This document shows positions 27,101 through 36,672 of a DNA stretch of 64,000 bases, in pieces. This DNA is from Bacillota bacterium (lineage in GTDB: Bacteria > Bacillota > Clostridia > Oscillospirales > Oscillospiraceae), in assembly GCA_021199635.1 (NCBI GenBank), contig JAJQHS010000030.1, positions 27,898 through 91,897 on the forward strand, given 5' to 3'. The notes beneath the pieces were generated by a model. The model was not told the DNA's origin. It was given only the letters and a program-made list of their open reading frames with translations, and did not search any database. Every line of letters starts with the position of its first letter. Position 1 is the stretch's first letter. Made by a program: the position numbers and the translations under genes.

Positions 27101-29592
27101 ACCTGGCTCTCCACCGGCTCCACCCGCTCCATGCTCACCAGGCGGCTGCCCGCCTCAATGCGCATGACGATCACGCCCTGGACGTCCCGCTTGTACACGT
27201 TCACGTCCGACGCGGGAATGCGGATGATGACGCCGCCCTCCTCGATCAGGATCACGTCGTCCTGCTCGCTGACCACCCGGCACCCGGCGATGGCGCCGGT
27301 TTTCGGGGTGATGTTGTAGTTCTTCAGGCCCTTGCCGCCCCGGCTCTGGGGCACCTTCTCCCCATTGGGGCCGGTGCGCAGGTATTCCTGCAGCGCGGTG
27401 CGCTTGCCGTAGCCCCGCTCGGTGACGGTGAGCAGGGTCTTGCCCGCCTCCGCCTTCTCCGCGCCGATGACGTAGTCCCCCTCGGCCAGGGTGATGCCCT
27501 TCACGCCGGAGGCATCCCGCCCCATGGGGCGCACATCATTCTCGTTGAAGCAGATGGCCATGCCCTGGCGGGTAGCCAGGAGGATATTATCGTTGCCATT
27601 GGTGCGCAGCACATTCACCAGCTGGTCGCCCTCGTCCAGGGTGATGGCACGGATGCCGCCTTTGCGGTTGGTTTTCAGGCCGATGAATGGGATGCGCTTG
27701 ACGGTGCCGTTCCGGGTGGCCATCAGCAGGTACTCATTTTCGTCAAATTCCCGGGTGACCACCATGGCGGTGACGGATTCCCCCGGCTCCAGGGGCAGCA
27801 CATTCACGATGGCGGTGCCCCGGGCGGTGCGCCCGGCCTCCGGGATCTGGTAACCCTTCCGGTGGTGCACACGCCCCCGGTCGGTGAAGAACAGTATATG
27901 GTCATGGGTGGAGGCCACGTTCAGGCTCCTGACGAAGTCCTCCTCCTTCAGGTTCTGGCCGTTGACGCCCCGGCCGCCCCGGCTCTGGGTGCGGTAGGTG
28001 TCCGCGGGCATCCGCTTGATGTAGCCCTGGCTGCTGATGGTGAAGATGCAGGTCTCCTCCTCGATCAGGTCCTCCACGTCCAGCTCGTCCTCGATGTCCT
28101 GGATCTCGGTCTTTCTGCTGTCGCCGAATTTATCCCGGATTTGGATCAGCTCCTCCCGGAGGACAGCCTTCAGCTTCTCCGGATTTTCCAGCAGCTCCAG
28201 GAAATTGGCGATCCGCTGCTGCAATTCCTCGTATTCGCCCTGCAGCTTCTCCCGGTCCAGGCCCTGCAGCGCCTTCAGCCGCATATCCAGGATGGCCTGG
28301 GCCTGGATGTCGTCCAGCGCGAAGCGATCCATCAGCCGCTGCTTGGCGTCGTCATAGGCGGAGCGGATGATGTGGATGACCTCGTCGATATTGTCCTGGG
28401 CGATGATCAGTCCCTCCAGCAGATGGGCGCGCTCCCGGGCCTTGCGCAGGTCGAATTCCGTCCTGCGGCGGAGGACCTCCTCCTGGAATGCCAGATATTC
28501 GTCCAGGATCATCCGCAGGGACAGCACCTTCGGCTGCTTCTGGTTGTCCACCAGCGCCAGCATAATCACGCCGAAGCTGGATTGCAGGGCGGTCTGCTGG
28601 AACAGGTTATTCAGAACCACCTGGGGATTGGCTTCCTTCTTCAGCTCGATGACGATGCGCATGCCGTTCCGGTCGGTTTCGTCCCGCAGGTCGGAGATGC
28701 CCTCCAGCCGCTTGTCCTTCACCTGCTCGGCGATGTTCTTGATCATCTGCCGCTTATTCACCTGGTAGGGAAGCTCGCTGACGATGATCCGCATCCGGTC
28801 CTTGCCGAATTCCTCGAATTCCGTCCGGGCGCGCACCACGATCTTGCCCCGGCCGGTGGCATAGGCGGCGCGGATGCCGCTGCGGCCCATGATGATGCCC
28901 CCGGTGGGGAAATCCGGGCCGGAGATATGCTCCATCAGGTCGGTCAGGGTGCATTCCGGGTCGTCCAGCACCGCCACGCAGGCGTTGATGACCTCCGTCA
29001 GATTGTGGGGCGGGATGTTGGTGGCCATGCCCACGGCAATGCCGGAGGAGCCGTTGACCAGCAGATTGGGGAACCGGCTGGGCAGGACCCGCGGCTCCTT
29101 GCGGCTCTCATCGAAGTTGGGGTCCCAGTCCACGGTGTCCTTGTCGATGTCCCGGAGCATTTCGTTGGAAATTTTGGAAAGCCGCGCCTCGGTGTACCGG
29201 TAGGCGGCAGGGGGGTCGCCGTCCACGGAACCGAAGTTTCCGTGTCCGTCCACCAGCATATAGCGCATGGAAAAGTCCTGCGCCAGGCGCACCATGGCGC
29301 TGTAAACCGACGCGTCGCCGTGGGGATGGTACTTACCCAGCACATCGCCCACGCAGGTGGCGGATTTTTTGAACGGCTTATCGGAGCTCAGGCCGCTTTC
29401 GTACATGGTGTACAGGATGCGGCGGTGGACGGGCTTCAGGCCGTCCCGCACATCCGGCAGCGCCCGGCTGACGATGACCGACATGGCGTATTCAATATAG
29501 GATTTTTCCATTTCCTCCACCAGGTGGGATTCCGTGATCACCTGGTCGGGAAAGGCAATGTCCTCAGGTTTGTAGCTGCGATTGTGTGCCAA
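27097..29592 (-). CDS. gyrA: DNA gyrase subunit A
   Basis: 831 aa. Catalytic-Tyr region [10 protein letters not shown] and C-terminal beta-pinwheel repeats. TTG start with GGAGG 8 nt upstream. Confidence 0.97.
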   Translation of the reverse strand: MAHNRSYKPEDIAFPDQVITESHLVEEMEKSYIEYAMSVIVSRALPDVRDGLKPVHRRILYTMYESGLSSDKPFKKSATCVGDVLGKYHPHGDASVYSAMVRLAQDFSMRYMLVDGHGNFGSVDGDPPAAYRYTEARLSKISNEMLRDIDKDTVDWDPNFDESRKEPRVLPSRFPNLLVNGSSGIAVGMATNIPPHNLTEVINACVAVLDDPECTLTDLMEHISGPDFPTGGIIMGRSGIRAAYATGRGKIVVRARTEFEEFGKDRMRIIVSELPYQVNKRQMIKNIAEQVKDKRLEGISDLRDETDRNGMRIVIELKKEANPQVVLNNLFQQTALQSSFGVIMLALVDNQKQPKVLSLRMILDEYLAFQEEVLRRRTEFDLRKARERAHLLEGLIIAQDNIDEVIHIIRSAYDDAKQRLMDRFALDDIQAQAILDMRLKALQGLDREKLQGEYEELQQRIANFLELLENPEKLKAVLREELIQIRDKFGDSRKTEIQDIEDELDVEDLIEEETCIFTISSQGYIKRMPADTYRTQSRGGRGVNGQNLKEEDFVRSLNVASTHDHILFFTDRGRVHHRKGYQIPEAGRTARGTAIVNVLPLEPGESVTAMVVTREFDENEYLLMATRNGTVKRIPFIGLKTNRKGGIRAITLDEGDQLVNVLRTNGNDNILLATRQGMAICFNENDVRPMGRDASGVKGITLAEGDYVIGAEKAEAGKTLLTVTERGYGKRTALQEYLRTGPNGEKVPQSRGGKGLKNYNITPKTGAIAGCRVVSEQDDVILIEEGGVIIRIPASDVNVYKRDVQGVIVMRIEAGSRLVSMERVEPVESQV

Positions 29593-29629
29593 TCAAGACA
29601 CCTCCAGAATTTGGGATTTTTTGATAGGG

Positions 29630-29680
29630 ATGAAACATGCGGTGTGGGCACACGGCCCTGCCGGGACGGGCAGCGGATCC
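29630..29680 (+). repeat. Dispersed hairpin repeat, partial copy C in the gyrB-gyrA spacer
   Basis: GCGGTGTGGGCACACGGCCCTGCCGGG matches the repeat core and right flank; the left arm is truncated or diverged. Confidence 0.65.
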
Positions 29681-29719
29681 GCTCTCCCTCACCGGTGCGT
29701 GGGCCTTGCCCGGGCATTC

Positions 29720-31648
29720 TCAAAAATCAATATTCATCGCGTATTTTGCGTTTTTCTCGATCCAGTCCTTCCGGGGCTCCACGGCCTCGCCCATCAGCAC
29801 GGTGAACACCTCGTCCGCACGGATGGCATCGTCCAGGGTGATCCGCCGCAGGCTGCGCTGCTCCGGGTCCATGGTGGTCTCCCACAGCTCGTGGGGGTCC
29901 ATCTCGCCCAGGCCCTTGAACCGGGAAATGTCCACCTTCGCATTGGGATTGTCCGCGCGCAGCTTTGCGGAAATTTCGTCCCGCTGCTCATCGGAATAGG
30001 CCACCTGCACGGTTTTGCCCCGGGTCAGCTTGTACAGCGGCGGCACGGCGGAGTACACGTAGCCGTTCTCGATCAGCGGCCGCATATAGCGGAAGAAGAA
30101 GGTCAGCAGCAGCGTGCGGATATGGGCGCCGTCCACGTCCGCATCCGCCATGATGATCACCTTGTGGTACCGCAGCTTATTCAGGTCAAATTCCTCGCCG
30201 ATCCCGGCGCCCAGCGCCACGATCAGCGGATACAGCTTATCGTTGCCGTAAATTTTATCCGCCCGCGCCTTCTCCACGTTCAGCATTTTGCCCCACATGG
30301 CCAGGATCGCCTGGAACCGGGAATCCCGCCCCTGGATGGCGGAGCCGGCGGCGGAATCGCCCTCGACGATGTAAATTTCGCACAGGCTGGGGTCCCGCTC
30401 GTTGCAGTCCTGGAGCTTGTCCGGCATTTGGCCGGATTCCAGGCCGGTTTTCCGGCGGATGGAGTCCCGGGCCTTCCGGGCGGCCTCCCGGGCGCGGTTC
30501 GCCATCATGGCCTTGTCCAGCAGCACCTTCGCCGTCTGGGGATGCTCCTCCAGGTAGGTGGCCAGCTGGTCGCTGACGATCTGGTCCACCAGCGTGCGGA
30601 TGTAGGCGTTGCCCAGCTTGGCCTTGGTCTGCCCCTCAAACTGGGCGTCGGTGAGCTTGACGGAGATCACGGCGGTGATGCCCTCCCGGCAGTCGTCGCC
30701 GGAGACCTTGTCCTCCCCCTTGAGGATGCCGTTTTTCAGGCCGTAGGCGTTCATCACCCGGGTCAGCGCGGTTTTGAAGCCGGTTTCGTGCATGCCGCCC
30801 TCCGGCGTGTGGACGTCGTTGGCGAAGGACAGGAGAAATTCGTTGTACCCATCGTTATACTGCAGGGCGATCTCCGCGGAGGCGTCCCCCTTCGCGCCCT
30901 TCAGATAGATCACATCCTCGTGGACGGGAGTCTTGTTCCGGTTGCAGAAGGTGACAAATTCCCGGATGCCGCCCTCATAGCACATGGTGTCGGCGACCGG
31001 CTCCTCCCCCCGGGCGTCGGTGATGGTGATGGAGAGCCCGGCGTTCAGGAAAGCCTCCTCCCGCATGCGGGTGTGGAGGGTATCGTAGTCATACTCCGTG
31101 GTGTCGAACATCTCCGGGTCCGGCTGGAAGGTGACCTCGGTGCCGGTTTTGTCGGTTTTTCCGACAATTTCCATTTCCTGGGTGATATTGCCCCGGGAGA
31201 AGCGCATCTGGTAAATATTCCCATTTTTATGCACCCGCACCTGCATCCATTCGGACAGCGCGTTCACCACGGAGGCGCCCACGCCGTGCAGACCGCCGGA
31301 AACCTTGTAGCCGCCGCCGCCGAATTTGCCGCCGGCGTGGAGCACGGTGTACACCACCTCCAGGGCGGGTCTGCCGGTCTGGGGCTGGATGTCCACGGGG
31401 ATGCCCCGCCCATCATCGGTGACGGTGACGGAATCCCCGGGGTTGATGGTGACGGTGATATGCTTACAGTAGCCTGCCAGCGCCTCATCGATGGCGTTGT
31501 CCACGATCTCATAGACCAGATGGTGCAGACCGCTGGCGGAGGTGGAGCCGATATACATGCCTGGCCGTTTTCTTACCGCCTCCAGGCCCTCCAGGACCTG
31601 GATCTGCTCCGCGCCGTATTCCTGTGTTACCTTCATTTCGTCTGACAT
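29720..31648 (-). CDS. gyrB: DNA gyrase subunit B
   Basis: 642 aa. GHKL ATPase motif YEIVDNAIDE and Toprim motif EIYIVEGDSAAGS. Confidence 0.97.
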   Translation of the reverse strand: MSDEMKVTQEYGAEQIQVLEGLEAVRKRPGMYIGSTSASGLHHLVYEIVDNAIDEALAGYCKHITVTINPGDSVTVTDDGRGIPVDIQPQTGRPALEVVYTVLHAGGKFGGGGYKVSGGLHGVGASVVNALSEWMQVRVHKNGNIYQMRFSRGNITQEMEIVGKTDKTGTEVTFQPDPEMFDTTEYDYDTLHTRMREEAFLNAGLSITITDARGEEPVADTMCYEGGIREFVTFCNRNKTPVHEDVIYLKGAKGDASAEIALQYNDGYNEFLLSFANDVHTPEGGMHETGFKTALTRVMNAYGLKNGILKGEDKVSGDDCREGITAVISVKLTDAQFEGQTKAKLGNAYIRTLVDQIVSDQLATYLEEHPQTAKVLLDKAMMANRAREAARKARDSIRRKTGLESGQMPDKLQDCNERDPSLCEIYIVEGDSAAGSAIQGRDSRFQAILAMWGKMLNVEKARADKIYGNDKLYPLIVALGAGIGEEFDLNKLRYHKVIIMADADVDGAHIRTLLLTFFFRYMRPLIENGYVYSAVPPLYKLTRGKTVQVAYSDEQRDEISAKLRADNPNAKVDISRFKGLGEMDPHELWETTMDPEQRSLRRITLDDAIRADEVFTVLMGEAVEPRKDWIEKNAKYAMNIDF

Positions 31649-31655
31649 AATCCCT

Positions 31656-32804
31656 TTACTCCTGTGTATGATGAAAAGATCCGTCCTTGGGGAAGTCCCC
31701 GCAGGCGTCTATGGTTCCGCCCCGGATGGGGATGGTTTTTCCCAGCTTGGTGAACCGCCCCGGCTCGCAGCAGGTGATGAACACCTGCCCGGCGGCGATC
31801 TGGTTCAGCACAAAATCCTGCCGCCCGGGGTCCAGCTCGGACAGCACGTCGTCCAGCAGCAGCACCGGCTCCTCCCCGGATTCCCGGCGCTGCAGCTCCC
31901 GCTGCGCCAGCTTCAGGCTGATGGCGGCGGTGCGGGTCTGCCCCTGGGAGCCGAACGCCTTCAGGTTCACGCCGGACAGCAGCACCTCGAAATCGTCCTT
32001 ATGGGGGCCGGTCAGGCACTGGCCGCTTTCCAGCTCCGCCGCAAAATGGGCCTGCAGATGGTCCTGCAGCGCCTGCTCCACCTGGCTCACCGGGGCGAAG
32101 GGGTCCGCCACCGTGGAAACCGTGTGGTATTCCAGCCGGAATTCCTCCGCGCCACCGGAAAATTGGCCGTGAAAAATCGCGGCAGACTTCCCCAGACTGT
32201 CGTAAAACCGTGCCCGGTAGGAGATCAGGATCGCCCCCACCCGGCACAGCCGCGCGTTATATTCCGGCAAGATCTCCAGCACCGCCGGATTTTCAAAATG
32301 GTCCTTCAGAATCCGGTTTTTCTGCTCCAGGATGCGGTTATACTCCGTCAGCGCCGCGTCGTAATTGGGCCGGAGCTGGCAAAGCGCCTGATCCCCCAGC
32401 CGCCGCCGGGCGGCGGCGCCGTTTTTCAGCACCATTAGGTCCTCCGGGCAGAACAGCACCGTGCTGAGCACCCCGGAAAGCTCCCCGGCAGATTTTTTCT
32501 TCACGCCGTTGCGGAACATCTGCCGGGGACGGGAGCCGGAAAACAGCAGCCACCGGAGGCTCTGCTGCCGCTGCTGGGAGAAGACTGCCCCCTGCAGCTC
32601 CGCGAATTCCGCGCCGAAGCGAATCATTTCCCCGGTTTTCTGGGCGCGGAAGCTCCTGCCGCTGCCAAGGAAGCTGATAGCCTCCAATAAATTGGTCTTG
32701 CCCTGGGCATTGTCCCCCACGATCAGGTTCACGCCGGGGTCGAATGCGAAGGTCTGCTCCTGATAATTCCGGAAATTCCGGAGCGTAAGCTCATTCAGCT
32801 GCAT
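31656..32804 (-). CDS. recF: DNA replication/repair protein RecF
   Basis: 382 aa. Walker A GDNAQGKTNLLEA and canonical position between yaaA and gyrB. Confidence 0.95.
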   Translation of the reverse strand: MQLNELTLRNFRNYQEQTFAFDPGVNLIVGDNAQGKTNLLEAISFLGSGRSFRAQKTGEMIRFGAEFAELQGAVFSQQRQQSLRWLLFSGSRPRQMFRNGVKKKSAGELSGVLSTVLFCPEDLMVLKNGAAARRRLGDQALCQLRPNYDAALTEYNRILEQKNRILKDHFENPAVLEILPEYNARLCRVGAILISYRARFYDSLGKSAAIFHGQFSGGAEEFRLEYHTVSTVADPFAPVSQVEQALQDHLQAHFAAELESGQCLTGPHKDDFEVLLSGVNLKAFGSQGQTRTAAISLKLAQRELQRRESGEEPVLLLDDVLSELDPGRQDFVLNQIAAGQVFITCCEPGRFTKLGKTIPIRGGTIDACGDFPKDGSFHHTQE

Positions 32805-33042
32805 TTCCGCAGATCGTAAAGCGCGCGCCCTGGAAGGCGAAGCAGTCGCCGGGGCGGAGCTTCCTGCCCCGCTGGGTGCAGACCTCTCCGTTCACGGTGA
32901 CGTTCCCCTGCTGAATTTCCAGCTTGGCCCCGCCGCCGGAGGGGACCAGGTTCGCCAGCTTCATCGCCGACTCCAGCTTGATATATTCCGTGGAGATGGG
33001 CAGGGGCGCGGCGGCGCCCTTCCTCTTGACCGTTACCTGCAT
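32791..33042 (-). CDS. yaaA: S4-domain RNA-binding protein YaaA-like
   Basis: 83 aa S4-fold protein in the conserved dnaN-yaaA-recF position. Overlaps the recF start by 14 nt. Confidence 0.85.
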   Translation of the reverse strand: MQVTVKRKGAAAPLPISTEYIKLESAMKLANLVPSGGGAKLEIQQGNVTVNGEVCTQRGRKLRPGDCFAFQGARFTICGNAAE

Positions 33043-33046
33043 GCTT

Positions 33047-34156
33047 TCACCCGTTCTTGATCCGCACGGGCAGGATCATGTACGCGAAGTCGTACTTTTC
33101 CTCCGCGGGGGTCAGCACCAGTGGGCTGAGCCCATTGGTCAGCTCCATCACGACCTCCTCCGACGGGATCACCCGCAGGGCGTCGGCCAGGTAGCGGACG
33201 TTGAAGCCGATCTCCAGCTCCTTGCCGTCCCCGGCGATGGCGCAACGATCCTCCGCCGCGCCGATGGTGGTCATGGTGCGCATCTGCAGCACCTGGTCGG
33301 AGAATACGCAGCGCACAGGACTTTTGTACTTCTCGGACACCATCAGGCCCACCCGCTCCACGGAGCTGGCCAGGTCGGATACATGGGCCACCAGCTTCAC
33401 CGGGCTGTTGGCAGGCACCACCCGCCGCCAGTCCAGGAATTCGCCCTCCAGCAGACGGCACACCAGCGTGGCGTTGCCGATCTCAAACAGGATGTGCTTG
33501 GGGCCCAGGGTGAAGGCGGCATCCTCGTCCGAATCCGTCAGGATCTTCTCCGCCTCCTTCAGCCCCGCCGCCGGGACCACGAAATCCATCTGCCGGCCGG
33601 TGGGCGTGTCCGGGTGATAGGTGCGCCGCGCCAGGCGGAAGCCGTCCACGGCGATGGCGGAAATGCTGTCATCCGCCACCTCGAACTTGACGCCGGTGTG
33701 GATGGGGCGCCCCTGATTCTCGGCCACGGAGAAAATGGTGCCGGAGATCAGCTCCTTCAGCGCCTTCTGGGGGATGGGAACCTTCCGCCCGGAATTGACA
33801 TCCGGCAGCTCCGGGTAATCCTCCGCGCTCTCCGCGGAGATGTTGAAGGAGGCGTAGCCCGCCCGGATGGACACCTTATAGCTTTCGTCCACCACCACGG
33901 TGACGGGTCCCTCCGGCAGGCGGCGGATGATGTCGCCGAACAGCCTTGCCGGCAGGATGCAGGTGCCGGTATCGGTGATCTCCGCATCCACAGCGCAGGT
34001 GATGGCGGTTTCCATGTTGTAGCCGGTCAGGTACAGCTGCGCGCCCGCCCGGCAGAAGATCCCCTCCAGCACGGATAGGCTGCTCTTCTGCGCTACAGTA
34101 CGCCCGGCCACATTCAGGCCCTGGACCAGCATGTTTTTTTCACAGGTAAAACGCAT
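33047..34156 (-). CDS. dnaN: DNA polymerase III beta sliding clamp
   Basis: 369 aa, full-length clamp-like sequence directly downstream of dnaA/oriC. Confidence 0.96.
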   Translation of the reverse strand: MRFTCEKNMLVQGLNVAGRTVAQKSSLSVLEGIFCRAGAQLYLTGYNMETAITCAVDAEITDTGTCILPARLFGDIIRRLPEGPVTVVVDESYKVSIRAGYASFNISAESAEDYPELPDVNSGRKVPIPQKALKELISGTIFSVAENQGRPIHTGVKFEVADDSISAIAVDGFRLARRTYHPDTPTGRQMDFVVPAAGLKEAEKILTDSDEDAAFTLGPKHILFEIGNATLVCRLLEGEFLDWRRVVPANSPVKLVAHVSDLASSVERVGLMVSEKYKSPVRCVFSDQVLQMRTMTTIGAAEDRCAIAGDGKELEIGFNVRYLADALRVIPSEEVVMELTNGLSPLVLTPAEEKYDFAYMILPVRIKNG

Positions 34157-34455
34157 ATTCGCTCGCCCTTTCTTGTAAATATAAATAGATTCTATATATC
34201 CATATATCTTTTATGCAGTAACAGTAGCCGTAGTGGAAATTTATGTGGAAAAGTCCCAAAATGCCAGGCGCGGCAACGGAAATTTTTCCACAGGCCAATG
34301 TGGAGGATTTCCGGGTTTTCCACAGCCCCTTGGGGAGAAAATTTTCGCCCGAGTTTTTCCACAGAAATTTTTCCACATTCCACAGCCCCTGTGGAATTTT
34401 CCCGCCGTATGCCAACACACCGCCCCGCGGGGCGGGAGATCGCACGGTGTGAACC
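34157..34455. other. Chromosomal replication origin (oriC, dnaA-dnaN spacer): DnaA-box cluster plus AT-rich unwinding element
   Basis: At least 8 DnaA-box-like 9-mers. TTTTCCACA (or its reverse complement) occurs at 34244, 34284, 34316, 34355 and 34369; variants lie at 34299, 34376 and 34390. An AT-rich tract at 34177-34222 abuts dnaN. Confidence 0.85.
34405..34450 (-). repeat. Degenerate copy H of the dispersed hairpin repeat at the dnaA 3' / oriC border
   Basis: TGCCAACACACCGCCCCGCGGGGCGGGAGATC aligns with copy F TGCCCACACATGGCCGGCAGCCGGCCCGGATC. The left half is poorly conserved. Confidence 0.35.
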
Positions 34456-35769
34456 TTACAGGCAGGAATTGATATTAGCGGTGATGTCCCGGATATTGTT
34501 TTGCAAATTGGTGTCGCCCTTCTTCAGCGCCATCTCCACCTTGCGGATGGCGTACAGGGCGGTGGAATGGTCCCGGGCGAATTCCCGGCCGATGTCCGGC
34601 AGGCTCAGGTTGGTCAGCTTCCGGATCAGGTACATGGCAACCTGCCGGGCCTCCGCCACGCCCTTGCTCTTGTTGGTGCCCCGCAGGACCACCTCGTCCA
34701 CATTGTAGAATTTGCACACCTGGCTGATGATCAGGCTGGGGGTGGGCAGGGAGCTGCTCTCCGACTTGAACATATCGTCAATGGCCCGGGAGATGTTGTT
34801 CAGGTCCAGGGGCATATTGTTCAGGTCCCGGTAGGCCAGGATCTTCTTCACCGTGCCCTCGATCTGCCGGACGTTGTTGGTGATGTTGATGGCGATGTAG
34901 TTGCACACGTCGTCGCTCAGGTCCAGGCCCAGGGATTCCGCCTTGTTCCGCAGGATGGCCATCCGCGTTTCGTAATCCGGGGGCTGGATATCCGCCAGCA
35001 GTCCCCACTCGAACCGGGTGCGCAGCCGGTCCTCCAGCGTCAGCATGTCGCTGGGCTTCCGGTCGGAGGTCATGACGATCTGCTTATGCTCTTCGTAGAG
35101 CTTGTTGAAGGTGTGGAAGAACTCCTCCTGGGTGGATTCCTTGCCGGCGATGAACTGCACGTCGTCGATCAGGAACAGGTCCGCCTCCCGGTATTTGGAG
35201 CGGAATTCGATATTTTTGCCGCTCTGGATGGCGCTGATCAGCTCATTGGTGAACTCGTCGCCCTTGATGTAGACGATATTGGCGTCCGGGCGGGTCTTGC
35301 GGATGCCGTTGGCGATGGCGTAGAGCAGATGGGTCTTGCCCACGCCCGGCGGGCCGTAGATGAACAGGGGATTGTACACCTGCCCCGGGGTATTGGACAC
35401 GGCGATGGCTGCGGAGTGGGCGAACCGGTTGGAGGGGCCGACCACAAAATTGTCGAAGGAAAACTGGGGATTGAAATCCATGGAGGTGGTGGGCTTACCC
35501 TTGGCGCGGTAGCTGTCCAGCTCCTCGTCGCCGAATACGATCAGCTTGGCGTCGGAATTGAAGATCTCCTTCAGGCCGTCCTGGATGTAGTCCGCGCAGC
35601 GGCGGCGGATGATCTCCCGCCGGAAATCCGACGGGGAGTAGAGGATAAGGTGCTCCTCGTTCAGCTCAACCACCTGGGCGTCGTCGAACCAGGCGGAGAC
35701 GGTGATGGCGCTGAGCCGCTCCTCCAGATAGCTCAGAACCTTCGCCCATACATAGTCGGATGAGTACAT
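34456..35769 (-). CDS. dnaA: Chromosomal replication initiator protein DnaA
   Basis: 437 aa from the ATG at 35769 (RBS AGGAG); the track ORF extends further upstream. Walker A GPPGVGKTHL and C-terminal DnaA-box-binding domain. Confidence 0.96.
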   Translation of the reverse strand: MYSSDYVWAKVLSYLEERLSAITVSAWFDDAQVVELNEEHLILYSPSDFRREIIRRRCADYIQDGLKEIFNSDAKLIVFGDEELDSYRAKGKPTTSMDFNPQFSFDNFVVGPSNRFAHSAAIAVSNTPGQVYNPLFIYGPPGVGKTHLLYAIANGIRKTRPDANIVYIKGDEFTNELISAIQSGKNIEFRSKYREADLFLIDDVQFIAGKESTQEEFFHTFNKLYEEHKQIVMTSDRKPSDMLTLEDRLRTRFEWGLLADIQPPDYETRMAILRNKAESLGLDLSDDVCNYIAINITNNVRQIEGTVKKILAYRDLNNMPLDLNNISRAIDDMFKSESSSLPTPSLIISQVCKFYNVDEVVLRGTNKSKGVAEARQVAMYLIRKLTNLSLPDIGREFARDHSTALYAIRKVEMALKKGDTNLQNNIRDITANINSCL

Positions 35770-35981
35770 GCGCGCTCCTTTCGTCAGGCCATCGCCGGCG
35801 CGGGTCCTGCGCCGCGGCGCATAGGGGACCGGGCCGCCCGGTTCCCGGATTTTTGCGCACAAAAATCGGCACAAGCTACGCCTGCCGATTGATATCCGCG
35901 CTTCCACAGCGGTGACCGATGGATATATTTCACAGGAAAGGAGGGAAAAAGGCAAAATTTCCCCCTAATTTCTCACCCTAA

Positions 35982-36010
35982 ATTGTATCACATTTTGCTG
36001 TAAAAAACAA
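35982..36010 (-). promoter_or_regulatory. Candidate dnaA promoter
   Basis: Minus strand reads TTGTTT, 17 nt ending TGA (extended -10), TACAAT. The ~210-nt leader contains DnaA-box-like TGTGGAAGC and a TTTCACA-containing sequence. Confidence 0.45.
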
Positions 36011-36118
36011 GGTTTTTTTGTCACCCCGGCATGGGGCGGGGCAATCCCGCCCGAAAGGTGGCGAACCCCCGAAAAAAACGCCCCACCCCTGCGCACCATT
36101 CCCTGCGGGGATGCGGGT

Positions 36119-36147
36119 TTGACAATTCCTGCCCGCCGTGGTATAGT
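36119..36147 (+). promoter_or_regulatory. Predicted sigma-A promoter of lspA-rluD
   Basis: TTGACA, 17 nt, TATAGT, about 50 nt upstream of the lspA ATG. Confidence 0.6.
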
Positions 36148-36195
36148 TATCCCAGTCAAAATGCCCGCCGGGCCGTGAGGAAACGAGGTTGCCGT

Positions 36196-36672
36196 ATGGA
36201 ATTTTTCTGCCTGTGCCTGTTCTCCGCCGCCATTGTGGCCGCGGATCAGATCACCAAATATCTTGTCGTCACCGGCATTCCCCTGTACGGCCAGGTGTCC
36301 GTCCTCCCCGGGGTGGTGGGCCTGACCTATGTGCAGAATACCGGCGCGGCCTTCTCCGCGCTGCAGGGGATGCGGTGGCTGTTTGTGCTGGTTTTCGCCG
36401 TGCTGACCGTTCTGCTGCTGGTGGAATATTTCCGCAAGCCCCTGCCGTTCTCCAAATTTGAGCGCTGGTGCATTGCCGCGATTTACGGCGGCGGCCTGGG
36501 CAATATGATCGACCGGGTGCGGCTGGGCTACGTGGTGGACATGATCCGCACGGAATTCATCGATTTCCCCGTGTTCAACGTGGCGGACTGCTTCATCACC
36601 TGCGGATGCATCCTGCTGCTGGTGCACCTGATTTTCTTCAACAAGCCGTTCTGGAGGGATGAGAAAGCATGA
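36196..36672 (+). CDS. lspA: Lipoprotein signal peptidase II
   Basis: 158 aa from the ATG at 36196. Motifs NTGAAFS and FNVADCFI; four TM helices. Confidence 0.92.
   Translation: MEFFCLCLFSAAIVAADQITKYLVVTGIPLYGQVSVLPGVVGLTYVQNTGAAFSALQGMRWLFVLVFAVLTVLLLVEYFRKPLPFSKFERWCIAAIYGGGLGNMIDRVRLGYVVDMIRTEFIDFPVFNVADCFITCGCILLLVHLIFFNKPFWRDEKA

Noticed and set aside
27862-31645. 647-aa and 687-aa plus-strand ORFs
   Set aside because: They are antisense to gyrA and gyrB.
34140-34708. Small ORFs in the dnaA-dnaN spacer (34140-34445, 34192-34383, 34233-34472, 34243-34452, 34298-34708)
   Set aside because: They are built from the repeated DnaA boxes (translations full of FPQ, FHS and WK repeats) and overlap one another in all frames. 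The region is better explained as oriC.
36020-36118. GC-rich inverted repeats upstream of lspA (GGCGGGGCAATCCCGCC; CCCCACCCCTGCG...CCCTGCGGGG) as a further copy of the dispersed repeat
   Set aside because: It shares only the short GGGGTGGG/CCCTGCGGGG-like tail and lacks the GTGTGGGCACAC core. The similarity is too weak to call.
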